A stretch of DNA of 35,664 nucleotides, taken from positions 108,628 through 144,291 of the forward strand of contig CAJNOJ010000205.1 in assembly GCA_905250025.1 (NCBI GenBank), in the 5' to 3' direction. The notes beneath the pieces were generated by a model, which was not told where the DNA came from, searched no databases, and was given only the letters and a program-made list of their open reading frames with translations. A program made the translations under genes and the position numbers. Below are positions 1 to 9,516 of the stretch, piece by piece (the stretch's first letter is position 1; every line of letters starts with the position of its first letter). This stretch comes from Adineta ricciae. Taxonomy: Eukaryota.

Positions 1-1
1 T

Positions 2-295
2 CAAGATGCTCGATACAATAAACAGACCAAAGCAATCGATATTCAAGTTCAGTACAGTGGTGGTTGTGCCGAACATGAATTTCAACTCAAAGTTGGCTCT
101 TGTCGAGAAACTTATCCTGTTCAATGTGATGCGAAGTTGATCGACTTAACAGTAAACGATTATTGCGATGCGATCGTCTCTCGTGAAGTTTCAATCAGTA
201 CTCAATCGATTGGCTTAGATGATGGTTATTACGCTGGTGCAACCATTCAAATATATGGGGGCGCGAATACAAAAGCTAAGCTTGTTCTTCCATAA
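2..295 (+). CDS. 3' partial CDS (C-terminal ~97 aa) of an unknown Cys-containing protein; the 5' part lies outside the window
   Basis: Open frame from the window edge to TAA at 293-295 (…GCAEHEFQLKVGSCRETYPVQCDAKLIDLTVNDYCDAIVSREV…AKLVLP*). A recognisable but disrupted paralogous copy lies at ~1190-1606. No family recognised. Confidence 0.45.
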   Translation, partial: QDARYNKQTKAIDIQVQYSGGCAEHEFQLKVGSCRETYPVQCDAKLIDLTVNDYCDAIVSREVSISTQSIGLDDGYYAGATIQIYGGANTKAKLVLP

Positions 296-439
296 ACATT
301 TGTACGCCGATTGCACGTGTTTATTTGTATTGAAATAAAATGTGTATTTTCGCAATATTTTTTCGTTGTCTACTTTGAATAGTCTATATCGTCATTGATA
401 GAATTATAGTCTTCCGTTCTTAAATATGGAAAAGATTGA

Positions 440-1060
440 TACTAGCGCTTTTTCCTACGGAAATACTTCGTCATATCATGACATGATCTATATGCATTCA
501 AAGGACTCAAGGAGCGTATCGATGTGATTGTAGATAAATATGATAAACAGAATATAAATTTGCAGCGCATATCGAAAATAACGTGCGACTTCATCTGCCA
601 ATCAATTTCTTCGGAACAAATTCGATTGCTGACATTATCTGATGATGAGAATACAATTTCACATATGCATCTCAAGTCATTAATATTGACTGAAATCGAT
701 GAACAAGACTGAGCGAAACACTTGCTTCTAAGCTTCATTATCAACCTCATCTGACATCTTTGTCACTCATACCCTACGGATCTTTACGTCCGACATCTGA
801 TGAAAAACTACCGCTGAAATCTTTCACTTTAGGTGAATGTAGCATGTATATAACACTGTAGTTTTAGGAAACAGGCTAAAACTTTCGAGCGTTGTGATCA
901 AATACAGATTTAACGAAATGAGAATGTACGATGAAGGCGGTTTAGTGGAATGGTTAACAAAACGTGTGCCAAGATTAAAAGAATTTGAATTCATAAGTAT
1001 ACAGGGATTCCACTGCGAAAGTACTTATTTATATTTATGGATGGGTCAGTGAGAAGACAA
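440..1060 (+). pseudogene. Decayed partial copy of the F-box/LRR gene at 1762-3417 (F-box motif, one LRR segment and C-terminal segment retained; large internal deletion and frameshifts)
   Basis: Translated pieces align to the intact gene: LALFPTEILRHIMT ~ FDRFPTELVFETFRY at 443-480, then in-frame stop TGA at 479-481. 482-712 YAFKGLKERIDVIVDKYDKQNINLQRISKITCDFICQSISSEQIRLLTLSDDENTISHMHLKSLILTEIDEQD ~ aa 30-113 of the intact gene. ~700-840 HYQPHLTSLSLIPYGSLRPTSDEKLPLKSFTLGEC ~ HFLSNLTSLSFRLSHHLSPISVELPLKSLVLSIC. ~905-1050 GLVEWLTKRVPRLKEFEFI… ~ C-terminus LLPWLTENVPKLKNFTHQI…. The pieces are in different frames. Confidence 0.5.
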
Positions 1061-1189
1061 TAAATCTTTCATATTAACTTGACTCGGACCAATACAATTT
1101 GTGTTACTGTACTGAAGAGTCAATCAGCTATTTGTTTGTGAATTGTTTCTCTTTGTGAAATAAAATGGAAGATTCTTTTGTGTCAATTC

Positions 1190-1606
1190 AGGAATTAAAA
1201 CGAAAAGTTTCGGGCAACTACTGCGTGCTATTACAATGAGGAAATCAATTCTATTGATATTGAAATGAGCTATCGCGGCTGTAAGGAACATACATTTCAT
1301 CTCACAATGCGGCGTTTGTCATGAAAGTTATCCACAGTTCAATGCACTGAGAAATTGTTTGATTTAATAAACGATGTATGTGAAACGTTCTTTCTTGATC
1401 GAGCATTATTTAGTCTTGAATCACTCGGCTTAAATACCCGTTACTACTCTGGCAGAACCACTCGTATCAAAGGTGGAAATGGTACATCGGCTACTGTTGT
1501 TCTTCCAGAGTTTTCGTGGAATTTTTTCTCATGTGTATTAATGAATGTGTATGTAGACGAAAGAGACAAGCAAAATAAATATTCTGTATCGCGTGTAACG
1601 ACTTAA
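1190..1606 (+). pseudogene. Disrupted paralog of the gene fragment at 2-295 (frameshifts and in-frame TGA; lost the original stop)
   Basis: EEINSIDIEMSYRGCKEHTFHLTM / (frame+1) GVCHESYP / (frame 0) VQCTEKLFDLINDVCETFFLDRALFSLESLGLNTRYYSGRTTRIKGGNGTSATVVLPEF aligns along its length to KAIDIQVQYSGGCAEHEFQLKVGSCRETYPVQCDAKLIDLTVNDYCDAIVSREVSISTQSIGLDDGYYAGATIQIYGGANTKAKLVLP. A continuous translation requires two frame changes near 1305-1350. Confidence 0.4.
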
Positions 1607-1761
1607 CTAACCAACTAAAACATGATTGTTGGTGCAAACATTGAGTGAAATATGCCATCTATCGCAATTTTGTTTTGATTTGCTTATATGAAATGACGTA
1701 TGTAATTACATAACGTTGCCAAAGATGGTTGTGACTCGTTTCATACTGTCATACATTCGTA

Positions 1762-3417
1762 ATGCCAAGTCCAACGATGTTTGATCGGTTTCCGACCGAA
1801 CTAGTCTTTGAAACGTTCAGGTATTTAACAACTTACGATATTCTGCGCGCATTCAAGGGCCTCAATCGACGTATTAACATGGTGTTAACAAATTACCACA
1901 AATACAATTTGAATTTTCAATCATGGCCAAAAGACAAATTCGATTTTGTTTGCGAATCCATTTCTCCTGACCAAATTCAATCTTTGGTGTTATCCGATGA
2001 AGACGATACAGTTCGACAAATTCATCTCTTCTTTCGATCGTTCTACATTCGACGATGTGTAAATCTCAAATCATTAACACTGATTGCAATCGATGAGCAA
2101 GATTGGAAGAAAATTCAAAGAAAACTTCATTTCTTATCAAATTTAACTTCCCTTTCATTTCGATTGTCACATCATCTATCACCGATCAGCGTCGAATTGC
2201 CACTGAAATCTTTAGTTTTGAGTATATGTACAACGAATGAATTGCATCAATGGCTTCTGCACACACCGATGTTAATCAATTTAGAAGTTGAATTGATTGC
2301 TAATGTATCCGACAATGATTTTCGTTTAAATCCAATTAGCACGAATATTCGCCGATTGAAAATCAAACTTCCTGAAAAGTCTAACATAACATTTGAGGAT
2401 CTCGAAGCACTTTTTCTCTGTATGCCGAAAGTGAAGTTCGTGACATTTACTGTCGTCAAAGGATTTCGTTTATTTCACGGTGATCGTTGGGAAGATCTAC
2501 TCCGAAGATATTTACCTCAGTTAGAAGATTTTCGTTTCAAAAGTCATCCCAGTTTGGGCAATGTCACTCCTACACAAGTAATATCTGCATTTCAAACACC
2601 TTTCTGGTTACACGAACATCAATGGATTGTTCATTGTGATTTTCATGGTATACTCAATCAACATCATCGTAACGTGATAAATATTCACCTCTATACATTA
2701 CCTTACCCTGATGATCAGTTTCATTTAACTACGTCAACAAAGTCATTAACTAAGCATTCAAAAGATGCATTTCAATCGGTCAAAGATCTATATCTATCAA
2801 TGGATTCCGACATGTCTACACATCTGCTCGAACATTTTTATTTTCCTGACCTTGACTCATTGACCATCCGTAACTTACATCAATTTCCATCGTTGATTGA
2901 TTTGATTAACCTATCTCATATTAAGCATCTAACCATCGAACAAAACAATCCTATCCAGCCTCAAGAATTCTTCTCGCATATTCTAGTATATTCCATTAAT
3001 CTTCGATCGTTGAAAATCTCTTGGCATTCGCTGATGGAAATCACTCGGGAGTTCACCGATCAAAATATATGCTCGATATTGAAGAAACAGATTAAACATT
3101 TACATGTATTCGACTCTGCAACGAAAATCGTTCCAGACAAGGGTAAACAAGTCGAATGTCTGATCAAATTATTTTCGAAAAATCTTGAAAAACTCAACGT
3201 ACATGTTCCATCGCTGGATACTATTGCCTTACTATTAAATAAAATGTTGAAATTAAACAGTATGGCTGCAGAATATGAGTCAAACTCCAACAAGATGGAT
3301 AGTGATCTTTTATTGCCATGGTTAACAGAAAATGTTCCGAAATTGAAAAACTTTACTCATCAAATACGATACACGTCGAAATCTCGAGTTCAATTACTTT
3401 TTTGGTTGAGTCACTGA
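1762..3417 (+). CDS. F-box domain protein with leucine-rich-repeat-like C-terminal region (551 aa, intronless)
   Basis: 1656-nt ORF. N-terminal F-box-like motif MFDRFPTELVFETFRYLTTYDILRAFKGLNRRIN. Repeated L-rich segments follow (LKSLTLIAIDEQD, LTSLSF, LKSLVL, LRSLKISW…). The antisense ORFs 2247-2459 and 3060-3293 are spurious. Confidence 0.8.
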   Translation: MPSPTMFDRFPTELVFETFRYLTTYDILRAFKGLNRRINMVLTNYHKYNLNFQSWPKDKFDFVCESISPDQIQSLVLSDEDDTVRQIHLFFRSFYIRRCVNLKSLTLIAIDEQDWKKIQRKLHFLSNLTSLSFRLSHHLSPISVELPLKSLVLSICTTNELHQWLLHTPMLINLEVELIANVSDNDFRLNPISTNIRRLKIKLPEKSNITFEDLEALFLCMPKVKFVTFTVVKGFRLFHGDRWEDLLRRYLPQLEDFRFKSHPSLGNVTPTQVISAFQTPFWLHEHQWIVHCDFHGILNQHHRNVINIHLYTLPYPDDQFHLTTSTKSLTKHSKDAFQSVKDLYLSMDSDMSTHLLEHFYFPDLDSLTIRNLHQFPSLIDLINLSHIKHLTIEQNNPIQPQEFFSHILVYSINLRSLKISWHSLMEITREFTDQNICSILKKQIKHLHVFDSATKIVPDKGKQVECLIKLFSKNLEKLNVHVPSLDTIALLLNKMLKLNSMAAEYESNSNKMDSDLLLPWLTENVPKLKNFTHQIRYTSKSRVQLLFWLSH

Positions 3418-3614
3418 GAGAATTCTCGTTTAACAGTCGAAATAAATCATGATAAAATTCTTTTGTTTAGCAATGATATCGACTTTGTTGTCGTCATTTA
3501 AATCACTTGCAGCTGATAAGATTTGAGAAATTTGAGAAATCACGCCAATCGAGACACATTGGCAGTAGCCCACGGTTGCATTTTATGTGCACGTAACACG
3601 TTAAATTAGTGATA

Positions 3615-4126
3615 TTAAGATTGGACGTATAAGTCGATTGTGCCCATGTTGGATCTGTTTTTAGTAAATGTTTCTTTCACAATGCTAGCAAATGATGTGT
3701 TGGAGTCAAATGTAAATTGACAAAACGTTCCGAACCATGATGATGTACAATTATAAAATCGATCCAATACACCTGATGTTTCTAATCTATTTTGAAAACT
3801 TACGTAGTTTTCGACAAGATCGATCGAGGCAGACCAAGAAAGTAGATCTTGTGCACTGACATTCATTGCTTTCAAGTCATCGAATGTATAATTTGATAGT
3901 ATATTATCTCGTGTCTCCACAGAAATTTGATATAATCATCTACATTGAACTGCAGACAGTCATGATACAAAGCATCTTTACTTATCGAATCAGTGTAATA
4001 CAGGTTTAGCTGAGCGTGAATTGGCCTACACATCGTGATTAGCGTCGTCGTCGCAAGGATGATCATGATGGAAGTAATAACCATTCTTACTATATTAACT
4101 GAATATAAGAATACGTATATAGCCAA
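3615..4126 (-). pseudogene. Small N-terminal-TM (signal-anchor) protein gene in two overlapping frames (3872-4126 and 3615-3920); frameshifted or containing an unresolved tiny intron; possibly a truncated distant relative of the 13332-15980 family
   Basis: The ORF starting MAIYVFLYSVNIVRMVITSIMIILATTTLITMC has a hydrophobic anchor. The second frame continues as ILSNYTFDDLKAMNVSAQDLLSWSASIDLVENYVSFQNRLETSGV, loosely resembling NDFRMNFIYRFRALSDFCTLSNQTISNALNQFYSSQYIRSSV of the downstream family. No clean GT-AG intron joins the two frames. Confidence 0.3.
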
Positions 4127-4845
4127 AGCTTTATGCGCGTGTTAATGGAATGTTAAAAAAAAACTTCAGTGCCATCAAAGTCAAATGCTAAATATCATCA
4201 TTTACTCTATCAATCAGGCTGACACGTTTCATAAACATTGTCATTGTCATGTTTTTTCATAGTGGCATAACGTGCAACCGAAACATATAGGAAATATACA
4301 TATAAAGAAAGTGATTATTACCACGTATAATCAAGTGTAGTACGCAGTATAGTTATTTAGTGACTGAAGTGCCCATATGACATTTTTGTGTATTCATTTT
4401 CACTATCACAACTGTTTGATTTTTAATGCTATTGGTGGACAAATTTTAACAAAACTTCAGAATTTCTCAGCTACCCACATTGATTTCATATACTTAAATG
4501 TTATTTTTTTAGTTGTGAAATTTCCGTATTCATCATAATTGAATGATGAAGGTAAGTGTAGCCATGTTACTCAACTCCTCCCATTAGTTTTTCGTTAAGA
4601 TATTACATGCAGCAACAATTTCTTTTTCTTGTTCTTCCATCGACGCTCCGATATGTTTACTTTCTTAAAAAGATGAGAATGTCATGGAAGTTGCCATCGC
4701 TGCATTCATTTTACTGCCTGTCGTTATGTTCACCACGTGTTTGGTGTCATTACAGTTTCATGCGTTGTGTAATAACAACATAAACCGAACAAAACCTTGT
4801 ATAAGAAGAAAAATTTCAATCGTATAAACAATCCTGAATTTTAAC

Positions 4846-5293
4846 ATGGCATTGTCTTCTACATGGACGGGCCGAATAGCTAAACTTAGTGAAAATAAAA
4901 CTCTGAAATCAAGAACATGTAAAGTGTTCTTGAAACATCCAGAAAGAGATATATGTCAATGTGGTCGTCTAAAGCCGAGCCATAGTTATGAAACACTTGA
5001 TATGAAAACTCTAACTGATCGAGCCGATCAAACCAGAGAATGGAATGAATTTCCAGACACAACTGCAGTTCCTATCAACGTCTATGGTCAATTATCGTCC
5101 AATGGACCGAAATTTGTTCGTTGTGACAATCGAACGAAGCCGGTAGACTTGTATAATTTAATTCTCGACGATTGCAACAATCAAAAACCAAATCTGTTAA
5201 TAAGTGCTTATGGCGGTGCAAAATTTTTCACCCTAAGTGAACGTATAGAGAAAGATTTTGTTACTGGTATTATTGATTTAGCCACAAGAGCAG
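4846..5293 (+). CDS. TRPM exon 1 (start codon to donor gtagga; ends in phase 1)
   Basis: ATG at 4846. Exon ends …IIDLATRAG with donor GT at 5294-5295. The next exon starts at 5353 after acceptor caaag. Confidence 0.6.
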
Positions 5294-8200
5294 GTAGGAA
5301 AGAGTAGCATACACAAAAGTTGCGATACGAGCTTTGGGTTTCTCTTTCAAAGATGCATGGATTCTGACAGCAGGTGTAAATAATGGCGTCGCAAATCTGA
5401 TTGGTGAAGGTATTTCGCAATATCGAGTACTGAAACAACATCCGAAATCGATTATATGTATTGGTCTGACGCAATGGGGAAGTCTGACTGAACGGACACG
5501 ATTGAAATTGAAACAAACGACTCCAGTAAACATTACGTATTGATAGTATTTTCTATTAGCTATTTTATTAACAGAATTACCCTGAACAGCTGACCTATAT
5601 TAGACAAGCTGAGCCAAACCTGGAAGCAGATAGTGAAGATCTGGAACTAAATCATACACATTACATTATATTAGACAACGGTCAGTTGCGTGGTCATCTC
5701 AGTGATAAGCCGCGCGAACAATTCGTCAGTCAAGCGACGCAAGATGGCAGCTGTAAGTATTGTAAAATATATTCTATCAACTATACATGCCGCATGTTTA
5801 GGTTATGGAATCACGATTATCGTGGAAGGAGGTGCAAATACTCTAGAAGTCGTTCAAAATGATCTTGATGCGAAACGGCCTGTTGTTTTAATCCAAGTAC
5901 GTGACCAGAGGATTTTCGTATTGACTGAATTAACGTGAAATATTCGCCTAGAAAAGTGGCCGAATATCGGATGTGCTGGCGAGTTTGATACAGTTGACGT
6001 CAAGTGCTGATCGAACCAAGTCTAGGTACGAATCTTTCTACATGTCTATTCGAAGGTGTATCTGCTTTATTTAGAGAACCGACTCAGGCGGAAGTCGAAG
6101 AACATCTTTATAAATATTTTCCTGCGTTGAAAGAAGATAGAGATCGAACGACTCGTATCAAACAGATTCTTGAAATTATGAAAACTACGAATCGATACTT
6201 ATTACATGTCTATCAGCTCGATGGAGAGAAAAGTATGTCGGAGACCATGTTTCAAGCTATTTTCTCAGGTACAATAATGAATGACTCTGTCCTTTCACAT
6301 AATAACCATCGATTGAATTGCTTTAGCTTATAAAGACAATCCCGACGATGCTAAACGTGCACGCCTGCTTGATTTATCGATTCGATGGAATTTCCTAGAT
6401 GGTGCAAAGGAATTACTCGAAGTAAATAACACACAGAGAGAAAAAAGTGGTCAAACAAAGGTAGGAAATGTATGTTCTCTCGATCGTTTTCCAGCTTTCT
6501 GCTATGTAGGATAAACCATTGTTAGGAAAATTGTTCAAACAAGCGTTAGAACAGAACCGACCATCTTTTGTCGACTATTTTCTTCGCTGTGGTTACGATC
6601 CAAGAGATCTACCAAGTGTCATGAGTCAAACGTCCTCGGAACAGGAACCTATGTTCACCAATGTAGATACAGCAAACAAATGTCAAAACTTCGTTCTGAG
6701 TTTATACAATCATATAAAAAAACATGCGTACGAAGTAAGCACAGTCCGATTTACTTGAATACTGTAGTGAATGAACGGTTTGCTGGCTTTAGCATCATAA
6801 TAAAGAGTCAATTAAATTATTTTATGGTCCGAGAAACGAGTTGAACAATGTTGAGTCACTAAATCGAAGACTTAGGCGATGGTTGGGTTCCTATGTCGAT
6901 GTGGTTTATGCTGCTAAGGCACAGACATTACTAGCGATTCCATCGACTAGACAATTACTCACTAAACATTTCAATAATCAAGTTGCAGCTGAGAAAGGCG
7001 AAGCAATTGTGCAGTTTCACGATGGTACGCCGAAAAGCAGGCCTAGTATTGACCATATTACGACAGTCGGCATCACTCCTGACAACATTGCAGACAGTAG
7101 AACGGATTTGAATTATTCTCAACAAGAGATGCTCAGAGATTTGTTCCTTTGGTCTGTATTTATGGATCTTTCACTAATGTCGAAAACAATTCTCATTCAT
7201 ATGCAAGAACGGATTTGTGCTTCATTAATTGCCGCGAAAGTTTTCAAAGCATACGCCGATGAAACACCAATTACTGATTTGAGAGATCGATTGAATCGAC
7301 AAGTGGTCGAATTCGAAAATTACTCAGCAAAATGTGTCGATACATGCTATGAAGTCAGCGAACCACTCGCTTGCCAATTGTTGATGAGAGCCGTTCCAAG
7401 GTTTGGCAATGTTACATGTATGCAAGTGAGTACATTCTATTCGACAAACGATTGGACAACGGTAGGCTAAACATAGGTTGCAATATCAGGTAAAAACGCG
7501 AAATTTTTGGAAACAGCATGTTTCGATCATGTTCTCAACCAAATTTGGTATTATAAATTGGCTCTTTCAACCAAATCTCTCTCATCGAAGGTTCGATTGT
7601 TCGGCAGTATAATCACACTTGGTTTGCCTGCACCGTACCTTCTTGAATATCGATCGAAGGAAGATTGTTATTCAAGTGTAAGCGACAGAGGATCAGCAGG
7701 TAATCTGTACTTTCTACTATTTGTTCTAGGAAATATTAACGGAAGAGGAGAAAAATGCAAAGTAAATTGAGAGTGAATGATCATTGGATAGTCTTGAAGA
7801 ATCGATTTCGTTTAGATTATCTGAAGATGGCATCATGTACGATATTTATGACGATCAGCCTAGTTTCCTGCAGAAATTTACTAGTTTCCATCAAACTCCC
7901 GTTGTTAAAATGTGCTACCATGTTGTAAGCGCGAAATAGTTTCACAAAATAACGCTACATTATATTTTCCTCCTTATTCAGATATCGTACATTCTCTTTC
8001 TGCTAATATTCAGCTACATGATGCTTTATCATTTCGATTCACTTGCTGTTACTAATGGAACACTCCATTGGACTGAATATGCAGTGATTATCGTTGTTAC
8101 AACTATGTTTTTGGAAGAAATACGACAGGTAGATATATAGAGTTGAAATATATTCTATTTCGAAGTATTGTTTGTATAGATTGTTCATGATTTACATACA

Positions 8201-9514
8201 AAGATGCTTGAAAAATGGAATACGACCACTCATTTGATTCTAACCAAGTTAGCCAATCCATTCTACGCATTGCCATTTCTTCTTTTCTACCTGGGAATCT
8301 TGTTACGCTATGCATTTGGTAATACACCGAGTGTATTGTCAGCTGCACGCATTCTCATGGCATTCGACTTGGAACTGTGGTATCTTCGTTCGCTGAAATT
8401 TGTTATTGCACTTAAGTTTCTTGGACCTAAACTTTTCATGCTTAGAAATATGGTAAGACAAATATGAAATCATTATCGACTGATTTGATCGTTGTTTCAG
8501 TTACGAGACTTAGCTGCATTTGTCTACATGATATTCATTGCGATTGCTGCATATGGTGTTGTTTCTCGTGCGTTGTTTATGTATAAGCAAGTACCATTTA
8601 CAGGACGTGGAATATTCGAAAATATATTCTATCCGCCGTATTGGTTTATCTATGGGAATCCAAATGATACGACAACACTGGATAGTAAGAATATCTGCAT
8701 AGACTCGTATTTCTCTGTCATGTATTTGATTTTTAGATATCATACATGATGAAAATAGTTCATTTATTGCCGAAGCAACTGCTACACATGTCCTACTAGC
8801 TTTTCATATGTTATTTATTAATATTTTGTTGCTCAATTTGCTCATCGCTGTTTTCACGTGAGAAAATCCTGTTTTTCTTTTCGATTTGATGACGAAGATT
8901 TCTTCTCTGTAGCCGTACGATTGACGAAGTTCAAGAACATACGGAATTCTATTGGCGTTTTCAGCGTTACTCATTCGTACGTGAATATTTCGAACGGCCA
9001 TGGTTAGCATATCCGCCATTGATAATTATTCCACATTTGTGGATTGTGGGTCGTGCATTGTGGAAGAAATGCTGTTCTTCGAAGCACTACGATGCTCGAA
9101 CGGAACATCATTCTGTTACAACGCCGATTTTCAGTAAGAAAATCAAATCTAACTCTCGAATTCGAGCGTGATCTGTGTTCGAACTTTTAGAAATGGTCCC
9201 ATTAAATCGCAAGATATTCCACGAACGATGGAATAAATTCGAGAATGCCGCAACGTATAGTTATGCTCGATCTATCATCAACTTTGAAAATACGAGCAAG
9301 TCGAATCAACAGAGAAAATCAGCAGAATCGTTCGTAGAAAGACTGTGTGAACGCATTTATGAATTCTTCTTCTATTATTTTTTTAAGGACAACTACAGTA
9401 CAAACACAGGAAGATATGCAAAGACAATTAAATGAAATTACCATCGCACTGAAGCGTCTTACAGAATCATTAGTACGATCGGACGTCAATGCTCAATCAA
9501 TATCACAAACATGA
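4846..9514 (+). CDS. TRPM-family (melastatin) cation channel gene, multi-exon (more than 15 exons; gene-level span)
   Basis: Exon chain with consistent phases. N-terminal TRPM motifs are RTCKVFLKHPERDICQCG, ISAYGGAKFF, WILTAGVNNGVANLIGEGI (compare WIxTGGxNxGV), HTHYIILDNGQLRGH, ITIIVEGGANTLEVV (compare VxEGGPGTL) and KSGRISDVLASLIQL (compare GSGRxADxxA). MHR region at 6841-7770 (DLFLWSVFMD…, NVTCMQ, VLNQIWYYKL). Transmembrane core at 7900-8870 includes LGPKLFMLRNM, pore YPPYWFIYGNPND and S6 NILLLNLLIAVFT. TRP box at ~8940-9010 is EFYWRFQRYSFVREYFERPWLAYPP. Putative coiled-coil terminal exon ends at TGA 9512-9514. Confidence 0.85.
5353..5525 (+). CDS. TRPM exon 2
   Basis: G+AT gives D, then AWILTAGVNNGVANLIGEGISQYRVLKQHPKSIICIGLTQWGSLTERTRLKLKQTTP. 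Donor gtaaac at 5526. Confidence 0.55.
5575..5752 (+). CDS. TRPM exon 3
   Basis: Acceptor ttaacag. Translation NYPEQLTYIRQAEPNLEADSEDLELNHTHYIILDNGQLRGHLSDKPREQFVSQATQDGS. Donor gtaagt at 5753. An alternative acceptor a few codons downstream is possible. Confidence 0.5.
5802..5896 (+). CDS. TRPM exon 4
   Basis: Acceptor gtttag. Translation (C)YGITIIVEGGANTLEVVQNDLDAKRPVVLIQ. Consensus donor gtacgt at 5897. Confidence 0.6.
5952..6025 (+). CDS. TRPM exon 5
   Basis: Acceptor cgcctag. Translation KSGRISDVLASLIQLTSSADRTKS. Donor gtacga at 6026. Confidence 0.55.
6075..6268 (+). CDS. TRPM exon 6
   Basis: Acceptor tatttag. Translation (R)EPTQAEVEEHLYKYFPALKEDRDRTTRIKQILEIMKTTNRYLLHVYQLDGEKSMSETMFQAIFS. 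Donor gt at 6269. Confidence 0.5.
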
Positions 9515-9516
9515 AA

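Noticed and set aside
2247-2459. Antisense ORF (70 aa) inside the F-box gene
   Set aside because: Overlaps a much longer, homology-supported CDS on the opposite strand, as does 3060-3293. The same applies to 9632-9892 and 11113-11466 inside the 680-aa gene, 14180-14383, 15094-15345 and 15770-15985 inside the paralog pair, 8510-8743 and 8804-9019 inside TRPM exons, 22935-23138 and 22149-22373 inside the PARP-like gene, and 29056-29238 and 31554-31802 inside the receptor genes. These are AT-rich-genome artefacts.
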